Positions 9,549-19,600 of a stretch of 64,000 nt of DNA are shown in pieces (the stretch's first letter is position 1; every line of letters starts with the position of its first letter). The notes beneath the pieces were generated by a model, which saw nothing but the letters and a program-made list of their open reading frames with translations, was not told where the DNA came from and did no database searches. The stretch comes from a virus (taxonomy: Duplodnaviria; Caudoviricetes): positions 1 to 64,000 of the IMG/VR virus record IMGVR_UViG_3300020036_001974; one strand, 5' to 3'. Both the position numbers and the translations under genes were made by a program.

Positions 9549-12500
9549 AAATTCATTTCTACGTGGGATTAATGCTGATTTAGACAAGAGTATAACTCCT
9601 GCCGAAAACTATGTTGCAGCATCTAACATAACCTTAACAGGGGATAATAAATTCCTTGCTGTTGAGAATATTGCCGGTACCTTAAAGATCGGTGAGATTC
9701 TTCCTAACTTCACAGGTAAGGTCCTTGGTATGTATGCAAGCAGGTATCTGATAGATACTGTAGAAAGCGAGTGCCTTACGATCTTTGTTTTAGAGAGTTC
9801 AACCTTCACCATCTATTGCTACGATCTTGACAATGACGATCTGATTACATTGTTCTCAGAAGCAATGAGTGAAACAGATCCGGTTGTAGACCTTGTGGTA
9901 TACCCGGAGAGTAACGTGGACATTTTATATTTCACAGACGGTGTAAATGAGTTAAGAAAGATACGTTGTGATATTACAACACCTTATACCTTAACGGCTG
10001 AGGACATTTCATTACAACGTAGGGGAACTTTAGCTACTGTTGGACTAGATACAATCTCTTTAACAGGAGGTACCCTTTTAACAGGTTCTTACCAGTTCTC
10101 ATTAAGATTGTTTAATGAAAACACAAGAAGCTATACTAAGTGGACAGTTCCAACAACTCCGGTAGTAATATCAAGTGACGGTAATGGTACCTATAACCTA
10201 ACCAGTTCAAAGGTAATCAATATTGCAGTTAACTCTATTGCCGACTACACAACAGATAACTTTACACACTACCAGTTTGCTGTAATTGAAAACAGAACAC
10301 CTGTTACACAAACAGTAGCCTCTTTACAGAAATTAGAAACATTATCAACTCCTTCTTTTACTTGGTCTTATTCAAATAACACTAAGATAGGAGATGTTGC
10401 CCTTGCAGACATTGTTGTTGACTTAGCAGCTATTGCCCATGTCAAGACACTAGCTGTAAAGAATAACAGATTATTCGCTGGTAACATTGAATACTGGAAT
10501 CGTACTTACGATAGAACTCCGGCCATAGAACCCGGTGCAAACAGCACAATCTTAGCAGACACTGTAGCAGACCCAACAGATGACGAGGATATTTCAAAGT
10601 ATAAAGGACACTTCAGAGATGAGGTGTATCGTTTCTATGTATCGTATTTTGATGAATATTACAACTTCTCAAGACCTTATAAATTAGACCTTACTCCTGT
10701 AACAGGGAATGAGATAGCTAATGGAGACTTCAGATTCCCAAAAGGAAGAGGTGGTTCTTATCATATCACGAATGCTTCTTCAGAGTTTCAATATCTTAAT
10801 CTTAAATTTGAGGTAAATAACCACCCATCGTGGGCTAAGGGATTTATCATATTAAGGGCAAAGCGTAAGAAAAGGATTAAGTTCCAATCCCCTGTAGTAC
10901 CCATGTCAAACATAGAAGGGGGTATTGTTCAAGGTACTTACCCAGATACTCCACAGGTTCCTAATGGTTCAGGAACATATACTGATGTCACTTTAACAAG
11001 TGCTACTCCAATGAATCCTATAGGTACTTATGTACCTAAAAACTTCCTATGGACAGAAAATCGTAACATCATAAAGTTTAAAAACCAAGCTACTGTAAGA
11101 GGGGTTGTTTATGAAAAAGGAACATGCTTTTATGAAGCTGCTTTTTCATCTCCACTACATCAGGTATTTCCATCTCAGAATATTTACGATACCTCTTCAG
11201 CAGAAACCAATAGTTATGATATAAATGCCGGTGATTCATTAGACCCTGTTGATGTATCTTTTCTAAAAGCAAGTTATACAAATAGTACAGAAAACTCAGC
11301 AGCATCAGATCTTCCCGGTGATACCGATGAGACTTCTTATGCAGCTACTTTATACTCTTCATTTGGAGATTACTATTATGTTTATGGAGGAAGCGAAGGT
11401 GCTTTAAATCAACCCGGGTATAGATTGATAGGAGCCAAGATGCTCGATAATTATGGGGAAGGTACTTCTTTGAATGGTAAGTCTATTGGTCAATTTTCAA
11501 ATTTGGAAACAGGTGGTTTAAACTGGTTCCAAAGTGGTAATAACCAAAAATCACTAATCATTGAGACAGAGGTGCCAAGACCGGATATATCATGGGCAGC
11601 TAATTACTATTCATGGACAACAAACACCGGAGGAAGTCCAAACAATGTAATCCCAACCACTTATTACAGTAACACAAGTAGTGTAGGAGGCTCTGATAGA
11701 TTTATAACTAATACAGAAGGTCATTTATTTGCCACTGACAAATCAGGATATGACTCTTCAAAATATGTAAGTGCTGTAGAAATAGCTAATATAGTAGACA
11801 CTAATATAGGAGATGATAGATATGGTGATAGCGATGAGCCTCACGATCTTGTATATACAGGTGCTTCTTATCTATTTAGTGTTGCAGAGTTAGCAGATGT
11901 TGTAGCAGATGGGGATTCACCAGCGGTTGTAAATGTTAGAGGAGGAGATTGTTATGTATCAAGACATACTTTCAAAGTAACAGACAATCACTATGGATTG
12001 CAATATGTAAGACTTCTACATACGTTGTTATCTTATTCTGGTAACGGTAGATACAGATTCAGATATGAGAGTCCATCTGGTAACAACTATACCATGCCAT
12101 ATGCGTATAAGAACATGTCCCAGATACTCCATGTATTTCTGGAATCAGAATACAACGGGGAATTAACAGCTACAAAACCAGTTACAGGAACACCTCCGGG
12201 CTACACCTCTGATAATCAATTCAGGGTATGTTTTAACTATGGATATAATTTCGGATACCTAAAACAGTCCGATCAGAAAGCATTTACTCCTTATAATGCA
12301 GATGAGATTGTTAACACAACCTATCCAGCAAGGGTACTGTATAGCGACCAGAAGGTATATAACACAGACATTCAAGGGTTTGATATATTTAGAATTTCCA
12401 ATACCTCAGACCTTCAGGAGACATTCAGAGGCATTACTAAGTTAACTTTAGCAGGTGACGCCATGTATGCTGTACAGGAAAGGGCCATTGCTTATCTACC

Positions 12501-13371
12501 AGTAGACGCTGCAATTATCGAGACAGCCGATGTTAATACTCTGGCAATCAGATCAGGGACCGTAATAGACACCCCTAACTACCTGTCAAAGCAATTCGGG
12601 TCTCAACACCTGAAGTCGGTAGTCAATCAGGATAATTCGTTTTTCTTAACAGATAATTACAACAAGGTAGTACTTAAGGTATCGGGGCAGGAGATCACCA
12701 ACCTGACAGACATAGGTACAGCTACTGAGTTTAAATCATTGTTAGCTACTACATTAGGAAACGATTCAATCTATGGATTGTATGATAACCTACGTAGACA
12801 ATACCTGATATACAGACCAGATGGTACGTTCTGTTGGGTATTCGATGACCGGTTAGGTGTGTGGGTAGGAGACTACTCAGTTAGCTCATCTTATAGATTA
12901 TACGATGGAGTTTATACTAAAAACGACCTCTACGTACTCGGAAAGGATGGAACAAATATGAACCTTTACAAAATGTACAAAGGTACTCCGGGGCAACTCT
13001 TCAGTAATATAGTTACCCCTTCAGTTACATTCTCTGTAAATGATAACTTCGATGTACCTAAGACATTTGATAACTTCGTAATCTACTCCTCAGAAGCCCT
13101 TGGAACCGCTGATATAACATCAGAAAGGGAACCGAGTATAATTGTTCAGGAAGTATTAAATCAGGATATAGAAATTGCCCGTAGAGAAGGTGCTTACAGG
13201 GTGGCCGTATTAAGAGACAATGATGGGGCCAGAATAAGAGGTACCCGGGCTACTGTTAAGTTGAAGTGGAACACTCTGGATTCATATTCAGAAGGTGCTC
13301 CTCCATCTGTAAATAAGGTTTCTTTATCTCAGGTTATAACTAAATATAGAGAATCTCCCCGTTTTATTTAA
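9532..13371 (+). CDS. Large tail stabilisation/muzzle protein (P22 gp10/crAss muzzle-like)
   Basis: Likely start MERIFKNSFLRGINADLD; beta-propeller-like repeats (LYFTDG, AHVKTLAVKNNRLFAGN, FGSQHLKSV). Confidence 0.7.
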   Translation: MERIFKNSFLRGINADLDKSITPAENYVAASNITLTGDNKFLAVENIAGTLKIGEILPNFTGKVLGMYASRYLIDTVESECLTIFVLESSTFTIYCYDLDNDDLITLFSEAMSETDPVVDLVVYPESNVDILYFTDGVNELRKIRCDITTPYTLTAEDISLQRRGTLATVGLDTISLTGGTLLTGSYQFSLRLFNENTRSYTKWTVPTTPVVISSDGNGTYNLTSSKVINIAVNSIADYTTDNFTHYQFAVIENRTPVTQTVASLQKLETLSTPSFTWSYSNNTKIGDVALADIVVDLAAIAHVKTLAVKNNRLFAGNIEYWNRTYDRTPAIEPGANSTILADTVADPTDDEDISKYKGHFRDEVYRFYVSYFDEYYNFSRPYKLDLTPVTGNEIANGDFRFPKGRGGSYHITNASSEFQYLNLKFEVNNHPSWAKGFIILRAKRKKRIKFQSPVVPMSNIEGGIVQGTYPDTPQVPNGSGTYTDVTLTSATPMNPIGTYVPKNFLWTENRNIIKFKNQATVRGVVYEKGTCFYEAAFSSPLHQVFPSQNIYDTSSAETNSYDINAGDSLDPVDVSFLKASYTNSTENSAASDLPGDTDETSYAATLYSSFGDYYYVYGGSEGALNQPGYRLIGAKMLDNYGEGTSLNGKSIGQFSNLETGGLNWFQSGNNQKSLIIETEVPRPDISWAANYYSWTTNTGGSPNNVIPTTYYSNTSSVGGSDRFITNTEGHLFATDKSGYDSSKYVSAVEIANIVDTNIGDDRYGDSDEPHDLVYTGASYLFSVAELADVVADGDSPAVVNVRGGDCYVSRHTFKVTDNHYGLQYVRLLHTLLSYSGNGRYRFRYESPSGNNYTMPYAYKNMSQILHVFLESEYNGELTATKPVTGTPPGYTSDNQFRVCFNYGYNFGYLKQSDQKAFTPYNADEIVNTTYPARVLYSDQKVYNTDIQGFDIFRISNTSDLQETFRGITKLTLAGDAMYAVQERAIAYLPVDAAIIETADVNTLAIRSGTVIDTPNYLSKQFGSQHLKSVVNQDNSFFLTDNYNKVVLKVSGQEITNLTDIGTATEFKSLLATTLGNDSIYGLYDNLRRQYLIYRPDGTFCWVFDDRLGVWVGDYSVSSSYRLYDGVYTKNDLYVLGKDGTNMNLYKMYKGTPGQLFSNIVTPSVTFSVNDNFDVPKTFDNFVIYSSEALGTADITSEREPSIIVQEVLNQDIEIARREGAYRVAVLRDNDGARIRGTRATVKLKWNTLDSYSEGAPPSVNKVSLSQVITKYRESPRFI

Positions 13372-13389
13372 CTTTGGCACAATAATTGT

Positions 13390-13941
13390 ATGAGTTGGTT
13401 AACTAACATTGTAAAAAACAATCCTTACTATAAAGCTGCCCCTCAGGGTACTTTTGGTACTGATGTAGCTTCCACCGCAGCCGGTGCAGCAGGTATTGTT
13501 GGTCAGGCAGCAGGCGTGGCTAATTCTGATCAGAAAGTAGGAATGGAAGACCCACAAGGTCAGAAGGACGCATATGGCCGTCCTATTTACAATTTAGGAG
13601 GTTTTTCCCAACAGGTTAATAACTTAGAACCTAAAGGAGCCTCTGGTGGACAGTTCCTTTCTGGAGCAGCATCAGGAGCTTCAGCAGGAGCACCTCTGGC
13701 AGCCGCTACAGGAGGACTTTCAATAGCAGCCGGTGCCTTGGTAGGTGGAGTAGGAAGTCTCATTGGAGGGGCTATAAAGAAGAATAAAGAGGAAAGGACT
13801 TTAGAAGAGAATAAGAAGAAGTTAACAACTTTACAAAATAATTTCAATAGTCAAAATATATCAGCCAATAACAACCTTCTTGCCCAACAAGCATACGAGG
13901 ATCAGTTGAATATGTATAAATTACCAAAGACATTCCTATGA
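13390..13941 (+). CDS. Putative ejection/pilot protein
   Basis: Gly/Ala-rich hydrophobic segment followed by a coiled coil. Confidence 0.55.
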   Translation: MSWLTNIVKNNPYYKAAPQGTFGTDVASTAAGAAGIVGQAAGVANSDQKVGMEDPQGQKDAYGRPIYNLGGFSQQVNNLEPKGASGGQFLSGAASGASAGAPLAAATGGLSIAAGALVGGVGSLIGGAIKKNKEERTLEENKKKLTTLQNNFNSQNISANNNLLAQQAYEDQLNMYKLPKTFL

Positions 13942-14951
13942 CAGGTGAAGAGTGGAAGAAGAAGAAAGAGCAAATTGAAGCTGATTTAGCTGCCGGTAAG
14001 ATTACCCCTCAGCAGGCTATGGATCAGTATGCGGCTTCTGCTAAAGATAGCCCTAAAGAGTTTGGAGACGATTTCCAGCGATTCATGGCTCGTAACCCTA
14101 GTTTAGCAGCCCCTTGGATGGCTCAACGTCAGGCTGAACTTGCTAAAGGAGAACTTAGTGGTAAATTAGCAGCCGGTCTTGAGACATTGACTAACTTAGG
14201 ATTTACAGCCGCTTCTATCAATCAGATAGTAATGGCTAATCAAGCCCAAGGTCAGTTACAGCGTCCTTCATTACCGGGTATCCCAGGTAGAGATCCTGCA
14301 CTTCAACAGGCCATGTATGAGGCTCGTCAAGGTGTAATGAATCCTAACGCTATCTTAGACCCTGCTAAACAGGAAATCCAGAATAGCTATTTAGGAGCAC
14401 AGACTGCTAACCAATTAGCCTCCGGTGGACAAGCAGGTGCATTACAAGGAATGAATCAGGTTGCAAACCTACAAAGAATGCAGGCTAATTTAGGACTTGC
14501 TCCTATTGCTCAGGAGGTAAAGATGCAGAACCAACAGAACTATAACAGTCTGTTAGGGCAACGTCTTAATGAAACCCAAAACCAATTTCAAAACCAAACA
14601 TCCAATTACGGAAACGCTTGGGATCGTTATGCTTTTGGAGCACAAGCAGCCGGGGCACTTGGACAGTCTGGTAGAACTAATTTAGCAGATTCAGCCCAAC
14701 GTCTTGCCCAATCAATAGCACAGGGAGCAGCATACGCACCATCATGGATTAAATCGCCCGGGTTAGGAGAAGCAGACAATTCGCGAATTCAGAATATCTA
14801 TGCAGAAGCTGCCCTTAATTCCCAACCTAATAAACCTTATTATATGAATCCTGCTACAGGAATTCAGGCTAATGAGAACTATCAATATCCAAAACCACAA
14901 CCACTTCCTCTAAGACGTACTCCTTGGGGTGGATATGAAACTAATTACTAA
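13938..14951 (+). CDS. Putative ejection/cargo protein
   Basis: Gln/Ala-rich helical sequence; podovirus ejection-module context. Confidence 0.55.
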   Translation: MTGEEWKKKKEQIEADLAAGKITPQQAMDQYAASAKDSPKEFGDDFQRFMARNPSLAAPWMAQRQAELAKGELSGKLAAGLETLTNLGFTAASINQIVMANQAQGQLQRPSLPGIPGRDPALQQAMYEARQGVMNPNAILDPAKQEIQNSYLGAQTANQLASGGQAGALQGMNQVANLQRMQANLGLAPIAQEVKMQNQQNYNSLLGQRLNETQNQFQNQTSNYGNAWDRYAFGAQAAGALGQSGRTNLADSAQRLAQSIAQGAAYAPSWIKSPGLGEADNSRIQNIYAEAALNSQPNKPYYMNPATGIQANENYQYPKPQPLPLRRTPWGGYETNY

Positions 14952-14954
14952 TTT

Positions 14955-16634
14955 ATGAACGAAGGACAACTCTTAGGTAACGTATTTAGTCTTCCACAAG
15001 CTCCTCAATATGCTCAACCAGCAAGAGGAGCAGGTGTAGGTGGACAAGGATCTCCTACAATGGATGATAAATACTTTGGTATTCCTAATGCTGCTGAAGG
15101 TCTTCAATGGACTGGAAACGTAGCTGAGAATTCCCGGGATTACTATGATAAGTTGGCCGGGTTAAGAACACTTGCCCAAAGCCTGTGGTTAAACTATGGT
15201 ATAGACGTAACCCGTCCAGACTACTCAAGACCCGAGAGCATTACTGCTGCTGAAGCATTTAAAATGGAATTAGGTAACGTCCTATCAATGGCTGATAAGG
15301 CTAAGACATCACAGTCGATGCTCGAAAAGGATTTAGCAAATAAGGATAAGGTAATTAATCAAGGTGCATTTGGTCAAGGTGAATATTATGCAGGTTATAC
15401 CTCAGATCAACAATATACAGATGTTTCCTTATCACCATTGGCTAAAGAAATAGCTAATAGTTACTCAGGTAATAGACAAACACAGGGTATAATTAATCAA
15501 GAGCAGGCTCAAATCGGAGAGAAGTTAGCAACAATGGAACAAGAAGCTGCTTATTTAGATACTACTAACCCGGCTTTAGCTGCTAATAAGCGTAAAGAGA
15601 TTGCTCAAATAAAACAGATGCAGAATATGTATCTATCTCCTCCTTCAGACGGAGCAGGATATGGTCTTAATACTCCAGCCGCAAACTTAGGAGAATTGGG
15701 GAATGTTCTTGCAGGAGCTTCTTCAAACTATAAACCAGTAAATCGTGTAGTTAACGGTTATCAGGTTAAAAGAACAGATAATTCACCGTTTACAGGAATT
15801 AATATTGGTGGTAAAGAAGTAGCAGCTACAGAAACAGCCGGTCCTGATACATGGTTTGAATTTACCGATGGCTCTAAAATGGATGTAAATGAAGATGATC
15901 TTTACAGCTATTTAGCCGCTGCTTACAAGAAAATGGGGCAAGAGCCACAGTGGGAGGCTTTCGTTAAGAATGGTATAAAATCAGGTGCCATTGTTCAGGA
16001 AGATACACAGGCAGGACCAGTGTTTAAGATTAAGATGGATAAAATTGTTACTCCTTCTGGATCTGAATACCTTAAAACTAGAGAACAAAAAGATCCTACT
16101 CTACAGAAGGCAATTGAAGAAGCTGATAAAGAAATTGAAACAAGTGTTACTAAGAATGTAGATTACTTGAATAAAAATTGGTTTCAAAGATTAAAACTTA
16201 AAACAACAGGAACTGCCGGTGCTAACTTCCCTTATATCGGAACAGAAGATCCTCCTATTATAAAATATACCAGTGACAGGTTCCCGGGATATGATATTGT
16301 TATGACTCCTAAAGGGGACAAGATTGCAATTAAAGTTGTAAATCCAAGTGATAATAAAGTATTGATGACTGACTCAAAAGGAGCACCTGTTACTGATAAA
16401 AGTAAATCAGCATTTGTGTTTGAACATTCTGTAGATAGAAAGGATACTGGTAAAATAACAGAGCTTCTTAAGCAATACGAGGCTTATGATAAATTAGCCC
16501 TTGATAAGAAGAATACCATAACACCTTCATCTTCTAATAAGTTTAAAGCTCCAAATGGATATTCTTATACAAGAGATGAATTAAAATCGTCAGGATGGAC
16601 TGATGAAGATATTGATAATTTACCTAAAGAGTAA
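14955..16634 (+). CDS. Putative internal virion cargo protein
   Basis: ORF track; context. Confidence 0.5.
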   Translation: MNEGQLLGNVFSLPQAPQYAQPARGAGVGGQGSPTMDDKYFGIPNAAEGLQWTGNVAENSRDYYDKLAGLRTLAQSLWLNYGIDVTRPDYSRPESITAAEAFKMELGNVLSMADKAKTSQSMLEKDLANKDKVINQGAFGQGEYYAGYTSDQQYTDVSLSPLAKEIANSYSGNRQTQGIINQEQAQIGEKLATMEQEAAYLDTTNPALAANKRKEIAQIKQMQNMYLSPPSDGAGYGLNTPAANLGELGNVLAGASSNYKPVNRVVNGYQVKRTDNSPFTGINIGGKEVAATETAGPDTWFEFTDGSKMDVNEDDLYSYLAAAYKKMGQEPQWEAFVKNGIKSGAIVQEDTQAGPVFKIKMDKIVTPSGSEYLKTREQKDPTLQKAIEEADKEIETSVTKNVDYLNKNWFQRLKLKTTGTAGANFPYIGTEDPPIIKYTSDRFPGYDIVMTPKGDKIAIKVVNPSDNKVLMTDSKGAPVTDKSKSAFVFEHSVDRKDTGKITELLKQYEAYDKLALDKKNTITPSSSNKFKAPNGYSYTRDELKSSGWTDEDIDNLPKE

Positions 16635-19600
16635 TGCCTCAACAAGTCATACCACCTCCACCACCTCCTCCTAAAAAAGGAGTAAATTCTACTATACCAC
16701 CTCCACCACCTGGTAAACCACTTCCACCTACTCCTCAGGAGGCTAAGATATTAGGTGAATTCAATCCTTGGGTAAAACAACGTCAGGCTGAACTTGAAGC
16801 ATCTGCTCCTAAATTATATACTCAGAAAGAAGTAGACGATTATAATACTAAAATCAATCAACAGTTTCAACAGGAGCAGGAGCAGAAGTTTGCTGAAATA
16901 TCTAAGAAATATACTTTACCATTACCTACTACTCAAGAACCAGCAGGGCAGCCTGCTTTAGATGAACGCTCTATATTCGGAGTACTTCCTATCATAGGAG
17001 ATGCTATCCATTACGGAGGTAAGGCTGTTGAAAGAGGGTTCTACCAAGGTCAACAGGCTGAGATCATAAATCCTTATAACACCGAAGGCTCTATTAATAG
17101 AACCGATATTGAGGACTTATCAAGATACCAACAGGAGATAAACTCAAGACAACCATCTCCTTATTTTAAGAAAGCGACTGAAGCAGATTCCTTCTTGGGG
17201 TCTTTATCTGCATTTGCAGAAAGGCCACTTACAACTATGGCCGAACTAATAGGTCAGTCAATGTCAGCAATGGCTACACACGGAGCTACCAGAATAGCAG
17301 GTGGTGCAGCTATTGGGGCAGGAGTTGGTCTTACAGGATTAGGAGTAGGAGCAGTACCCGGAGCAGCTACAGGAGCATTGGCCGCTGTACCAGATGTGAG
17401 TCTAAACTTAGAGTATAGTGGTAAAATACTACAGACCTTATCGGAATCAGGTGTAGATACAACAAATCCAGAGCAAATTATACAAGCCTTCTCAGACCCT
17501 GTTAAGGTTTCTGAATTAAGGAACAATGCTTTTAAGAAGGCAGTTCCTATTGCCATATTTGATGCCCTGTCAGCCGGTATAGCAGGTAAATTCTTAAAAG
17601 GTGCCATTACTAAAGGAGGTTCTAAATTAGCAGCCGGTGGTAAAGAGTTGGCTGTACAAATGGGGACAGGTGGTGCTGGTGAATTATCTGGAGAATTAGT
17701 TTCTGGAGAAAAGATAAGTCCCGGTGCTATCCTGAGTGAGATGGTTGGTGAGATAGGAGGAGGTGCTATTGAAACAGCAGTAGGGGCTTCTCAGGTAGAT
17801 AATATTACTGACAATGTTCTCGATCCCGTCCTCAAGGAAACTGTTGATAGTGAAGCAAATTCAGTAGTAGCTAATATAATTAACCAAACAGATGCCGTTC
17901 AAAAGCCAAGCACAGAAGGCGTGGATGTACGCCAACAAACCCCTGTTAGCGAAAAAGTTTCAGAAGTTAACACCGAAGAACCGACCGTTACCAAGGAAAG
18001 CAAAGTAGAAGATCCTCAGTTAACATCTTTAAAAGAGGAGTATAACAAAGCCACAGATGCTTTCTTTGCAGATCCAACAGATCCTGCATTGGCTGATAAA
18101 GTAAAACAACTTCACCAGCAAATCAAAGATACTGAGATTGAAAAGAGTACTGCCAAGGAACCGTTCCAAGATCAGATAAAAATCCTTAACGATAAGAACG
18201 GAGTTGTAGATGATGAGTTTACAAACGCTGCTCGTATTGTTATTGATAGTATCCAAAATGAGGACCAGAGGCAAAATGCCGTTAAGCTATTCAATATAGC
18301 AATTCGTACTCAGAATAAGAATGACGTAAGTAACTTTGTAAAGGCATTAGAGGAATCTAAGGGTCTTAAAACAACTACTATCCGTGAAACAACTCTTACT
18401 AAGAAACTGAGAGATGCTTGGAGACAGGGTATTACATTGGGTAGAAAGGATGAGAAGGCAGCCCGGGTTGGACTTATAACTAACATTAAAGAGTTACTTA
18501 AAGAAGCCGATCTTCCTAAGAGAACCTACAAGGCGATTATCAATAAGATAGGAAGTGTCAACCTTAAGAACGAAGAAAGTATTCGTAAGGTTCAGGACTA
18601 TGTTGAGAAAGTTGTAGGAGATGCTAAGGTAGCAGAGCAGTTTGATGTTATTGAAAATCTTCAGGAGTCAGTACGGAAGTTTATTGGAAAGCTACCAAAT
18701 AGCCAGAAAAAGTACGTTCGTCAGTTAGTTAATGCAGATCCTGTCAAGATTAAAGACTTACCTGCTTATATCAAACTCATGACAGATATTTCCAGAAACA
18801 TATCTGGTGTAAAGGCCGATAAGGTTAAGGTAACAGAGGATAACTTTGAGGATCTGAAGGCACAATACCCTGAATTAGAGCAATCTGATATAGGGCATAG
18901 TGTTGTTGTAGATGTAGCGGAACCCGGACCGGCTGTAGAAGAAGGTCGTATTAAAGAGGGTTATAAGACAGTAACCAAGGATACAGAAGACTATAAATCC
19001 CAACAGAATATTGATTACCTTGAATCTGAGGACTTTGGTGATTTAGATCAGGAGATAAGAGATGTTATTAACGATAAGAAATCATTAACAGAAGTTAAAG
19101 AGTCAAATCGTAAAAAGATAATAGACGCTGTTATAGAGATGATCTCTAACCGGATCAACAAAGCAACTCCTCCTAAAGGCGAAACACAAAGCAGAACATA
19201 TAACGATATTAAGAATAATCTTAAGAATCTTGATAAGTTACCAATAGATGAACTTAAAACTTTACTAAGAGGAGTAGACCAAGGGTTGGTTAATGGTATT
19301 TGGGTAGATGCGTTTGGACCTTCTACTCATTTAGCAGCCATAGACGCTTTGAGTAAAATCCCAAAAATGGATATTACAAAAGGTCGTGGTAAATGGAAGT
19401 ACACCTATATGAACTCTGCCTTATTCTTAGAGGATATTTACAATTCCTTTAAAGATAAGATTGCCAAATTTCGTGCAAACTCTGGGTGGGGTAGTTTTGT
19501 GGTTGGTAAAGCCAAGTCCCTGTTCAGTAACAACAAGTATTCTAAAGAAGTTAACGATATTCTTAAGAAGATTGAGAAGAAGTATAACCTCTCAAGAGGT

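Noticed and set aside
13375-13390. Sigma54-like TGGCACA-ATAA-TTGTA
   Set aside because: It is degenerate and abuts the ATG at 13390, so a start site would fall inside the gene; left uncalled
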